From assembly GCF_009914755.1 (NCBI RefSeq), contig NC_060945.1: a stretch of 64,000 nucleotides of DNA. The stretch is one strand, 5' to 3'. The notes under the pieces are model-generated. The model was not told the DNA's origin. It did no database searches and saw only the letters and a list, made by a program, of their open reading frames with translations. Source of the DNA: the human T2T-CHM13v2.0 reference genome, Homo sapiens. Positions 1-11,600 of the stretch are shown here, piece after piece. Numbering within the stretch: the first letter of the stretch is position 1; each line of letters opens with the position of its first letter. The position numbers were made by a program, and so were the translations under genes.

Positions 1-59
1 CCAGCTGTCCACAGGGCCTTCAATAATGCACATTGCACCTGGCTTATCCAAGCAGTGCT

Positions 60-970
60 CAGCAGCCCACATTGACCAGGTCCCTGCTGACCAGACCCCA
101 CACATCAGGTCCTCCCTGATGACACCCTCACTGATTAGACCCTCATGACCAGGCCCCACTAACAAGGCCCCCACTGCCAGGCACACAATGACAAGGACTC
201 CACTGACCAGGACCTTACTGACAAGGTCTCACTGACAAGGCCTCACGGACCAAGTCCTTACTGACAAGTCCTCACTGACTAGGTCATTATTGACAAGGCC
301 TCACTGATCAGGTTCCACTGATCATGACCTCATTCCCTGGCCCCAAAGATGAGGCCCCACTGACCAGGCCTCCAGGGAACAGGTTGCCACTGATCAGGCC
401 CCTAATAACCAGGCCTAAGGTCACCAGATGCCCCTGACTGGGACCCTAGTGAGTAGACCCCACTGAACTGGCACCAAATGCTGAGATCCCCGCTGACCAG
501 GTCACCCTGTAGACCGGTGCTACAAAAGTCACCACTGACCAAGTCCTCTCTGACTAGGACACTACAGATTAGGTCCCACTGACAAGGCTGCCCTGACCAG
601 GGCCCCACTGACAAGGGCCTCACTGATGAGGACACACCCACCAGGGTCTGCTGACTAGGTTCCATGTGCCCAGTCCTCCACTGAATAGCACCCCTTGACC
701 TGGTCACCAGTGCCCCAGCCCATGCTGACCAGGCCAGCACTAAGCCCCAGCTGACCAGGTCTCCACTGATCAAGCCCCACAGCCCAGGTTTGCACTGACC
801 AGACACCAAACAACTGGCAGCCAATAGGTCCCCACTCACCAAAACCCCCACTACTAGACCGCAGTAATGAGACCCTCTCTAAGCAGACCTCTGCTGACCA
901 CGATCCCACTAAATAGTCCTCACTGACCTAGGTCCACTGACCAGGCCCACACTGATCAGGCCCCTCCTAA
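60..970. repeat. Degenerate minisatellite built from (CCC/CCTC)ACTGAC(C/A)AGG units (copy 1)
   Basis: Dozens of ACTGACCAGG/ACTGACAAGG variants at roughly 13-20 bp spacing; the LVSGDL-rich ORF 402..851 is a by-product. Confidence 0.85.
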
Positions 971-984
971 CCACGCCGGAAATC

Positions 985-2118
985 CAAGCGGCAATGACAT
1001 GTTTCATATGGCAGAAGTTGGAACAAGACAGAGAGAGGAAAGAGGTTCCACAGCCTTTTAAACTACTAGATCTCATGAGAACTCACTCACTATCAGGAGG
1101 ATGGCATTAAGGGCTTGGTGCTTTGCCATTTGTGAAGGATCCACTCCCACCCCTTTATGATTAAAACTTTTTCCACCTAGGCCCCGACTCTAACATTAGG
1201 GAGTGTACTTTCACATGAGTTTTGGAAGGGGCATAGAGAAAAACCGTATTATTCTGTCCCTGACCCCACAAATCTCATGTCCTTCTCACATTGCAAGATA
1301 CAGTCATGCCTTGCCAGCAGTCTCCCAAAGTCTTAACTCATTTCAGCATTAACTCAAAGTTACAAAGTCCAAAGTCTCATCTGGGTCAAGGCTACATTCT
1401 CTTTTGCCTACGAGTCTCTGAAATAAAAAGCAAGTTCACTGCGTCTAAGGTACAATGATGGTACAGGCATTGTGTAAGCTTTCCATATCCAAAAGAGAGA
1501 CATTTTCCAGAAAGCTTCTTATTTTTATCTGAGGCCCCCTCAGCCTGGCCTTCACTGTCCATGTTTTTGTCAGCATTCTTGTCACAGCCATTTAACCAGT
1601 CTCTAAGATGGTCCAAAAATGTTCTCATCTGTCTGTCTTCTTTGGAGCCCTCCAAACTCTTCCAACCTCTACCCATTACCCAGTTCCGAAGTTGCTTCCA
1701 CATTTTCAGGTATATTTATAGCAATGCTCCAGTCCTCATTTGCCATTTTTGGTAAGATTTATCTTGAAAAAGAGGTTTAATTGGCTCATGGTTCTGCAGA
1801 GTGGACAGGAAGCTTAGTGCTTCTGCTTCTGGGGGGCCTCAGAAATCTTTCAATCATTGTGCAAGGTAATGAAAGAGTGAATTGTCTCACATGGCAAGAG
1901 GAAATCACGGAGAGTAGGGAGTGATATAGAGTTTTCAGTGGCCAGATCTCACGAGAAGTCACTCATGATTGTGAGGACAGTACCAAGGGGATGGTGCTGA
2001 ACCACTCATGAGAAATTTGCCTTCATGATTCAATCACCTTATACCAGGATCCACCTCCAACATTAGGAAGCATAATTCAACATGAGATTTGGTGGGGACA
2101 CATATTCGAATTGCCTCA
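985..2118 (-). mobile_element. MST-type MaLR LTR element: partial LTR, deleted internal region, LTR
   Basis: Reverse-complement MST LTR motifs (aaagaggtttaattggctcatggttctgcag, agatctcatgagaactcactcactatc, catgagatttggtggggacaca) flank MST-int motifs (aaatctcatgtccttctcacattgc, aaagtcttaactcatt). Confidence 0.85.
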
Positions 2119-3275
2119 TCAGTCTTTGAGTATAAAGACATCCATAGCAGGCTTTATCCAGCCAGCTTCTTTGGGATTCTTTATAAGGTTTCAGATCTAT
2201 AGGATATCCACTAAAATATTCCTACTTCAAAAGGCAATAAAGTAAGTGGTATTATCATTCTTCAAAAAGTTATAATGGTAGTGTAGGCATTCATAGTATG
2301 ATTTAGTTCATTTGCTACTGTTTCTATTCTATCACCATATTAACACTTCCCTACACAATTCTATATTCAGCTGGGTTTCAGTTGAGCACAAAGTCATCCT
2401 TGTACTACCACCGATAGCTGGCACCAGCCCTTTGATACTGTTATCATTCTGCTGTAGAAAGTACCCGTGAACTGGAAAAAGTCCACACTCGAATAGCTAG
2501 TCATTCAACACTATCAAATTTTAGGTGACTTTTTGAAAAAATAGTATCTCTTGTTGAAAGAAATGCTCCATCTGTGATTTCAAGTCTCTCCCTTGAGTGA
2601 ATTGGATGGAAGTGGTGAATTTCAGCCAAAGTGGCCAAAGAAATCCTGTTCCTGTGATAATGACGCCATCAGCCTCTGCACCTCTGTCTTCCCTTCTGCC
2701 ACATGTTGTCTGTTCTCCGTGACTTTGGTAAGAGCTTCCTTGTGTATGTGGATGATGTCCAGGATGTTTGTCTTGTGTCCCTGAGACAGCACTAACAGGT
2801 CCATGGCTGGGTCCAGGTCCTTCCTGGACTGACCGGCAAGGAGCTTACTGATGTTCTTGAAGGCATCTCTGGTGAAGTGGATGGCCTAGTCAACTTCCAA
2901 GGCCTGGCTGAGGCTGAAGAAAAACTGGCCACCTTCTGATGCTCTTTCTAAAAGCCTGTCACTGTCATCTGCTTGCTTGTCAACTCATTGGCTGTGAGGT
3001 TGAGCTGAGTGGCCTGTGTCCATCTTCTTTGGGAAGCATTTGAAGCCATCAATCTTGCTCTCCCACCCCTAAAGGTTGATGGTCACCACCTGGGGATGTG
3101 CTGAGGGTCAGAAAGAAGCCAGCACTCACTATCTCATCCTTCTCAGCCTTCCTCTTGCACTCTCTCCAGGCTGTCTCTTCAGTGCTGGTGGGATATATCA
3201 GAAAGTGATGGAAGATGTGGCACTGTGCCCTCACCCAGAAGCTGGCCATGTGGTTGGCTCATCCACCAGAATGGA
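2119..3275 (-). pseudogene. SNX18: SNX18 processed pseudogene, copy A (PX end, BAR domain and probable 3'UTR)
   Basis: Minus ORFs [43 protein letters not shown] and [20 protein letters not shown] match recalled SNX18 PX-BAR sequence; intronless and frameshifted. Paralog number unresolved. Confidence 0.9.
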
Positions 3276-3279
3276 TGCT

Positions 3280-5900
3280 CTGGGTGCTCTTTGAGCCAGC
3301 TTGGCTTTGCCTAGCATGCACAGGCTCCGGGTACCGAAATGTTGCTCTGAGTGAGCTTGTCCTGCCTTGGGCCAAATTCTGTTAGGCCAGGGCCACAAAA
3401 GGCCGAGTCCCACGGGTGGTAATCCTGGCTGCTTTCTGCACTTCCACATAAAGACCTCCTGAAGATGGCCTGTGGTCTACCTCTTTGCAACCAAGAAGCC
3501 CGCAGTGCCATATGAATCCTCAGGCATGGACTGGAGCCCCCGAGGAAGCACACACCCTGCTCCTGAGCCTGCTGCTCATTTTCTCTGTGTGGCTCCATTT
3601 GTGTCACAGTTGTTGCACAGACTTGTGCATGCTGGGCAAGGCCAAGCTGGCTCAAAAAGCAACCAGCCACCTCTGCAAGGTTGTGCCAGGAGCCGGTGGA
3701 CCGGCCACTAACCTCACTCACTGCTGGTTAGGTTACATCAGTTATTCTACCCTAGAGGTAGGGCCCCAGTGCCATATGCTTTTCCTCAGGCCTCTGCTCT
3801 ATCAGTCATCAGGCGGCAACCACTCAGGCTGTGGGAACCTGGCCATCCCTCCTTCCTTGAGTAGCTGAGGTTGCTGGCTTGTCCGCCTACTACAGGCACA
3901 GCCTTGCAGATGTGGCTAGTTGCTCTGAGCCAGCTTGGCCTTGCCTGGCATGCATAGGCCCCAGGTACTGACACTCTGCTCCGAGTCAGCTTGTCCTGCC
4001 TTGGGTCAAATTCTAAGTCTGGCCAGGGCCACAGAAGGCCCAGTCCCCTGGGTGCTAATCTTGGCTGCTTTCTGCACTTGAACATAAAGTCCTCCTCAAG
4101 AAAGCCTGTGGTCTGCCTGTTGGCGACCAAGAAACCTACAGTGCCATACGAGCCCTGAGGCATGGACTGGAGCCACAAAGGCAGTGCACGCCCCATTCCT
4201 GAGCCTGCTGATCATTTCCTCTATATGGCTCCATTTGTAGCACACTTGTTGCAGTGAGGCTTGTGCATGCCAGGCAAGGCCAAGCTGGCTCAAAGAGCAA
4301 GCAGCCACCTCTGCAAGGGTGTGCCAGGAGCAGATGGACCAGCTGCCAACCTCACTCACTGCCAGACGTGGTACATCAGTTCTTCTACCCTAAAGGTGGG
4401 GCCAAGAGGCAGACCACAGGCCATCTTGAGGAGGACTTTATGTTCAAGTGCAGAAAGCAGGCAGGATTACCACCCTGGGTACTTGCCCTTCTGTGGCCCG
4501 CAGTGCCATATGAGCCATGAGGCATGGACTAGTGCCATCTGCTTTATACAAAAAATAACTTAAGATTGATTAAAGAGTTAAATATGCCACCTGCTTTTCC
4601 TCAGGCCTCTGCTCCATCAGGCATCAGGTGGCAGCCACTCATGCTGTTGGAACCTCGCCATCCGGGCTTCCTTGAGCGGGTGAGGTTGCTGGCTTGTCCG
4701 CCTGCTACAGGCACAGCCTTGCAGAGGTGGCTGGTTGCTCTGAGCCAGCTTGGCCTTGCCTGGCATGCATAGGCCCCAGGTACTGACACTCTGCTCCGAG
4801 TCAGCTTGTCCTGCCTTGGGCCAAATTCTAAGTCTGGAGAGGACCACAGAAGGCAGAGTCCCCTGGATGGTAATCCTGACTACTTTCTGCACTTGAACAT
4901 AAAGTCCTCCTCAAGACAGCCTGTGGTCTGCAGCTAGGCAACCAAGAAACCCGCAGTGCCATAGGAACCATGAGGCATTGACTGGAGCCCCAAAGGCAGG
5001 GCACACCCTGTTTCTGAGCCTGCTGCTCGTTTCGTCTATGTGGCTCCGTTTGTTGCACAGTTATTACACTGAGGCTTGTGCATGCTGGGCAAACTCCAAG
5101 CCACTTAGAATTTGGTCCAAGGCAGAACAAGTTCACTGGGAGCAGCGTGTCAGTACCTGGGGCCTGTGCATGCCAGGCAAGGCCAAGCTGCCTTAAAGAG
5201 CAAACAGCCTCCTCTGCAAGGGTGTGCCAGGAGCCGGTGGACCCACCACCAACCTCACTCACTACCAGTCAGAGTACATCAGTTCTTCTACCCTAGAGGT
5301 AGGGCCCAACTGCCATCTGCTTTTCCTCAGGCCTCTGCTTGATCAGCCATCAGGCGGTGGCCACTCATGCTGTGGGAACCTGGCCATCCCTGCTTCCTTG
5401 TGTAGCTGAGGTTGCTGGCTGCTCCACCTCCTCCAGAAGCACCCTTGCAGTGGTAGCTGGTTGCTCTTTGAGCCAGCTTAGCCTTGCCTAGCATGTACAG
5501 GCCCCAGCTACTGACACACTACTCCGAGTGAGCTGGTCCTGCTTTGAGCCAAATTCTAAGTCTGGCCGGGGCCACAGAAGGCCGAGTCCCCTGGGTGGTA
5601 AACCTGGCTGCTTTCTGCCCTTGAACATAAAGTCCTCCTCGGCTGGTCTATGGTCTACCTCTTGGCAACCAAGAATCCTGCAGTCCCATACAAGCCCTGA
5701 GGCATGGACTGGAGCCCCAAAGGCAGTGCACACCCTGCTTCTGAGCTTGCTGCTCATTTCCTCTGTGGGGCTCCATTTTTAGGAAAGTTGTTGCATTGAG
5801 GCTTGTGTATGCCGGGCAAGGCCAAGCTGGCTCAAAAAGCAACCAGCCGCGTTTGCAAGGGTGTGCCTGAAGTGGTTGGATTAGCCATCAACGTTGCCCA
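3280..5900. repeat. Tandem array of ~630-820 bp GC-rich units, each with an internal inverted repeat and an SNX18 PX-coding fragment
   Basis: gagccagctt(g/a)gc recurs at ~3293, 3927, 4742, 5470; the reverse-complement motif ggcaaggccaagctg(g) recurs at ~3635, 4272, 5176, 5815. Confidence 0.85.
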
Positions 5901-5969
5901 CTCAAGGAAGCAGGGAATGCATGTTTGTACCATGCATTTCACTACAGGTCATTTCCCCTGAGGTTGGTG

Positions 5970-6470
5970 GCCTAGGTTTTCTTCTAGATTTTTTATGGTT
6001 TTAGGTCTTACTTCTAACTCTTTCATCCATCTTACTTAATTTTTGTTTAAGGTGTATGGGTGTGGCCCAGTTTCAGTTTTCTGCATTTGGCTAGCCAGTT
6101 TTCCCAACACCATTTATTAAATAGGGTATCCTTTCCCATTGCTTGTTTTTGTCAGGTTTGTCAAAGATCAGATGCTTTTAGATGTGTGGTGTCATTTCTG
6201 AGGGCTCTGTTCTGTTCCATTGGTCTATAGATCTGATTTGGTACCAGCCCCATGCTGTTTTGGTTACTGTAGCCTTGTAGAATAATTTGAAGTCAGGTAC
6301 TGTGATGCCTCTAGCTTTGCTGTTTTTGCTTAGGATTGCCTTGGCTATGTGGGCTCTTTTTTGGTTCCATATGAAATTTAAAGTAGTTTTTCTAATTCTG
6401 TGAAGAAAGTAATGGTAGCTTGATGGGGACAGCAATGAGTCTATAAATTACTTTGGGTGGTATAGCAGTC
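5970..6470 (-). mobile_element. L1PA ORF2 fragment, inverted 5' part of the adjacent L1
   Basis: ORF 6178..6435 [21 protein letters not shown]...[16 protein letters not shown]...DQWNRTE is L1 ORF2p-like. Confidence 0.9.
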
Positions 6471-6492
6471 AGGCACAGAAATGTCCTTGTGT

Positions 6493-7577
6493 TAGGCAAT
6501 ACCATTCAGGACATAGCCATGGGCAGAGTCTTCATCACTAGAACACCAAAAGCAATGGCTACAAAAACCAAAATTTACAAATGGGATCTAACTAAACTTA
6601 AGAGTATCTGCAGTGCAAAAGAAACTATTATCAGAGTGAACAGGCAACCCACAGAATGGGAGAACATTGTTGCAATCTATCCATCTGACAAAGGGCTAAT
6701 ATGCAGAATCTACAAAGAACAAATTTACAAGAAAAAAAAAACCATCAAAAAGTGAGCAAAGGGTATGAACAGACACTTACCAAAGAAGACATTTATACAG
6801 CCAACGAACATGTGAAGCAAAGCACATCATCACTGGTCATTAGAGAAATGGAAATCAAAACCACAATGAGATACAATCTCACACCACTTAGAATGGTCAT
6901 CGTTAAAAAATCAGGAAAAAACAGATGCTAGAGAGGATGTGGAGAAATAGCAAAGCTTTTACACAGTTGGTGGGAATATAAATTACTTCAACCATTGTGG
7001 AAGACAGTGTGACAATTCCTCAAGGATCTACAACTAGAAATATCATTTGACCCAGCAATCCCATTACTGGGTATATACCCCCAAAATTATAAATCATACT
7101 AATATAAAGACACATGAACCTGTCTGTTTATTGCGGCACTGTTCACAACAGCAAAGACTTGGAACCAACCCAAATGCCCACCAATGATAGACTGGATAAA
7201 GAAAATGTGGCATATATACACCACGAAATACTATGCAGCCATAAAAAGGGATGAATTCACGTCATTTGCTGGGACATGAATGAAGCTGGAAACCATCATT
7301 TTCAGCTAACTAACAGAAGAACAGAAAACCAAACACCACATGTTCTCACTCATAACTGGGAGTTGAACAATGGGAACACATGGACACAGGAAGGGGAACA
7401 TCACACACCAGGGCCTGTCAGGGTGGGGGGCTAGGAGAGGGATGGCATTAGGAGAAATAACTAATGTAGATCATGGGTTGATGGATGCAGCAAGCCGCCA
7501 TGGCATGTGTATACCTATGTAACCTGCATGTTCTGCACATGTACCCCAGAACTTAAAGTATAATTTAAAAAAAAAAA
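6493..7577 (+). mobile_element. L1PA 3' end (ORF2 C-terminus, 3'UTR, polyA)
   Basis: [10 protein letters not shown]...[11 protein letters not shown]...[10 protein letters not shown]; canonical 3'UTR ending gaacttaaagtataattt followed by an A-tract. Confidence 0.95.
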
Positions 7578-7579
7578 GA

Positions 7580-8600
7580 AATTTGCTTTTAATTAAGCTT
7601 TTAATCATAGAACTTGTGAAGAAAATCCTTTTGAATCTTTTATTACCACATCATAGCTGGGACAAACCGCTGACGCTTTAAAAGTAACATAAATATCAAA
7701 CAGAAAGAACTAGACTTAGGAACCAAACTCAGGTTTCTGTAGTGAACAGGGCAGAATCTTCACACTGGGTCACCACCACTACTCCTTCAGTTTAGCCTTG
7801 GCTAGCAAAAGGGTGGCCTTGTTATGTAGATGAGACCACTTATGTAAAAAAAAAAAAGTTTTAAAAAATAATTTCTGCTAACTGGAATGTTTTTTGTTGT
7901 TGTTTATTTGTTTGTTTGTTTGTTTGCAGCCATAGGAGTTTTAGCCAATTCAGAGGCCTTGCTCCCCACAATTTGGAAAATTCCTTTGGATTTGACCAAG
8001 TCAGGAAGAGAAGGGAGAAAAGTGAAACAACAATAAAGCCCCAAGCATAAACAAACAAAAAGAGTTAAGCAAAACAACAAATGCACAATTCATATGATTA
8101 CTGAGTGTTCTAATGGTAAGGAGAAACTAAAAGCAGAAATTAAAAGCAGCTGGTGAGTAATCTTAAATTTTAGTCATTAAGGACAAATTTTAAGACAAAA
8201 CTCTAATTCAGCTACTTACCTGGAAACAAGGCTCAGGCTGGTGATCGTTCTCTGCCATCTTAGAAGCTGGAAACAACTTACACTCACCTTCCCTGTCAGA
8301 AGCAAGCTGAAACTCAGGAAAGGAGGTGCCTGCTCTCCATCACCACAGAAGCAGGAAAACTTGCCTTCCTTGTTGGAAATGAGTAAAACTTCAGAAAAGG
8401 AGTTGTACAGAAAAATCAAACTTAGATCTCAACCAGATTTTGGGAGATCAGGGACTCTTTGCAGGGGAGAAGCTCCACAACCTCAGCAAATTATCCTGTT
8501 GGTTTGGGCAATAAAGATAGCCCATGTTGGTATCAATCAATAACGAGATTTATCAAAGGTCAGGGCCACCTTTGTAATGACCTTCTCTGTCTTTTTTTAT
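7580..8600. mobile_element. Probable ERV1 (MER4-group) internal sequence
   Basis: Resembles MER4-group internal DNA from memory (ggagttttagccaattcagaggccttgctccccacaatttgg; agattttgggagatcagggactct); contains a (TTTG)n tract at ~7900-7925. Subfamily not determined. Confidence 0.5.
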
Positions 8601-8624
8601 CTTTATTGGTATATACGTTTTGTC

Positions 8625-11600
8625 GAAACTGGGAGTGTAACACCTGATTTCTTCTGTTTTCCATTTGCTTGAAAGATTTTTCACCATTCCTTCATTTTGA
8701 GCCTATGTATGGCACTGCATGTGAGATGGGTTTCTTGGAGACAGCATACTCAAATGGGTCTTTGTTCTTTATCCAGCTTGCCCCCCTGTGTCTTTCAATC
8801 GGAGCATTTAGCCCATTTCCATTTAAGGTTAGTAATGGTATGTGTGGATTAGATCCTGTCGTCATGCTGTCAGCTAGTTATTTTGCAGACTTGTGTATGT
8901 GGTTGGTTTTTAGCATTACTGGTCTGTGTACTTCGGTGCATTTTTGTAGTGGCTGGTGATGGTCTTTTCTTTCCATATTTAGTGCTTCATTCAGGAGCTC
9001 TTGTAAGGTAGATCTGGTGATAATGAATTCTCTCAGCATTTGCTTGTCTGAAAAGGATCTTGTTTCTCCTTCACTTATGATGCTTAATTTTGCTGGACAT
9101 GAAATTCTGGGTTGAAATTTCTTTTTCTTTTAACCATGTATAATAACACCATGTTATTATATGGTATATCTGTCTCTGCCATACTACGTGAAATTTCTTT
9201 TCTTTAAGAAGTTGAATATCTTTTCTGGCTTGTAGGGTTTCAGCTGAGAAGTCTGCTAAGTCTGATGGAATTCCCTTTGCAGGTGACGTTGCCTTTCTCC
9301 CTAGCTGCCTTTAACAGTGTTTCTTTCATTTTGACCTTGGAGAATCTGATGATTATATGTCTTGGGGATGATCTTCTCATGGCTTATCTTACTGAGGTTC
9401 TCTGGATTTCCTGAATTGGAATGTTGGCCTGTCTGGATAGGTTGGGGATATTCTCATGAATGATATTCTGAAGTATGTTTTCCAAGTTGGTTCCATTCTC
9501 CTCATCTCTTTCACGTACACTAATCAGTCATAGATTTGGTCGTTTATATAATCTCATATTTCTTGGATGTTTTGTTCATTCATTTTCCTTCTTTTTTCCC
9601 CCATTCTTGTCTGCCTGTTTTATTTCAGAAAGCCAGTTTTCAAGCTCTGGGATTCTTTCCTCTGCTTGGTCTATTCTGCTGGGTGGTCTTGCACATGAGA
9701 TGGAGCTGGTGTGACAGTCCTCCTTAGTCTGCTTGCCTCTCCCAGGACCCCAGCCTGGCCACACCTGCTTACAGGGCAATCTCAGGTGCCCACACACACT
9801 ACAATAATTTTCATAATGCAATCACACATAATCACTATGTGACTGCATTATGAAAATTCTTGTAGTGTGCTTTTCAGCTCTATTCGGTCGGTTATGTCTT
9901 CTTTATACTTGCTATTTTGTCTGTTAGCTCCTACAATGTGTTACAATGATTTTTAGCTCACTTGTATTGCATGACAACATACGTCTTTCACTCAGTGAAC
10001 TTTGTTCCTACGCATATCCTGAACCCTGCTTGTATCATTCCAGACAGCTCAGCCTCAGCCCAGTTCTGAACACTTGCTGGAGAGTTGATACAGTCATTTG
10101 GAGGAAAGAAAGCATGCTGACTTTTTGAGTTTTCAGTGTTCTCGCACAGATTCTTTCTCATCTTTATGGGCTTATCCACCTTCCATCTTCGAGGTTGCTG
10201 ACCTTCGGACAGGGTATTTTTGTTTTATTGTATTTGATGATCTTGAGGGTTTCATTGTGGGATAAGGTGGATTCAACCAACTGGCTTTGTTTTTGGAGGA
10301 TTTTAGGGGGGCCAATGTGCAGCTTCCAATTCCTGGACTGTGTGCTTTAACTCTGGGGAACTTGTCTTGGGCCCCAACTTTGTTCTCTGGCTCTTGGAGG
10401 TTTGGAGTCCACTGCACTGAGGGGACCAAAGTGTGGCAACTGTGGCAGAATGCTAGTGGATGCAGAAGTCCCTGCCTCCCTGCGGGCATTCACGCAGTGG
10501 TGGAGGCAAGACAGCTGGGGTGTGGGCCAGGGGTCCCCTGCTGTGTGTGTGTTGCACTGGAGGTAGTGTTGGTTCAGGGTGGGCTGCTGGCCAGTGCAGG
10601 CCATGGTGCCTTCTCTGTGCCCCTCAAAGCAACAGTGGTCACTCAGGGTATAAGAAGGTCCCTTTTTCTCTGCACAGAATTAGCTCAAGGGTTAGGTGCT
10701 GGCAGGGGTGGGGTTCTTGGTTCTGTGCCCACCAAGGCTCTGTCTTCAATGGCAGTTGGTGTGGGTTGGGGTGTGTCCTGCACTCCCCTGTGCTGTCAGG
10801 GCAAGTACAGCAAAACCCACATGTGTAAACACACACAGCAAAGTGATGTAGGAAGTTTCCATATAAAGGGCTGCAGTATGGAGACGTAATGTGCAGGCTG
10901 GTGCGTGGCTGTTGGGGCCACCTTGCTGCAGCTCTCCACTGATCAGGTACAGTCCACTAGCACGGAAGCTATGCTGTGGGCATCCGAGAGTGCCCTGTAT
11001 GCAGGTGTGGCCAGGCTGGGGTCCTGGGAGAGGCAAGCAGACAAAGGAGTGCTGATATCAGACCAGCCCCATCTCATGTGCAAGACTGCCCAGCAGAGAT
11101 CAGGTCTCAGAGGAGAACTCTCTCAAAAGTGAACCCCCGGCACAGCATAGCTGCTTTACACAAACATGGCCAGGCTTCTTTTTTAAGCAAGTCCCCTTTT
11201 TGAGGAGGGGAACTCTGGGACCTGATCTCTGCTGGGCAATCTTGAACATGAGATGGGGCTGATCTGAACTTAGCATTCCTAAAGTGCTGGGATAAAGTAT
11301 CTCACAAGGGCACGTGGAGCCTAGAGAGATAGGTGTCCCTGCTCTCTGGGCTCCACATCACCTGACTTGCTGTTCCACCACTCCGCTTGTCTCCTGGGTA
11401 CTCCATCCCATAGAGATGTGAGTTAGCAATCACTTAGAGTAATCAGCCCAGGATGGAGGGTCTGTGTTGTGAGGCCAAGCCAGTGTTCCCTCTCTGGTGA
11501 TGAGCAGTGGGGGGTGTGTGGTACCCGTGGGAGATGGACTGGCTTGTTCATTGGGTCAACCGCAGCTTATTGGAGGTGTCAATATGGCACTTAGGGTCTT

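Noticed and set aside
60-970. CRISPR-like or coding interpretation of the ACTGACCAGG arrays (ORFs 402..851 and 655..909)
   Set aside because: Repeats are degenerate with no unique spacers, there are no cas genes and the context is primate DNA; the ORFs are translations of the repeat.
3231-5842. Many overlapping ORFs with repeated peptides (CMPGKAKLAQ, ACQARPSWLK) as a novel protein family
   Set aside because: They occur in all frames and both strands and are broken differently in each unit, as expected for a GC-rich repeat.
10287-10889. 200-aa plus-strand ORF
   Set aside because: Antisense to a GC-rich L1 5'UTR; no recognisable domain.
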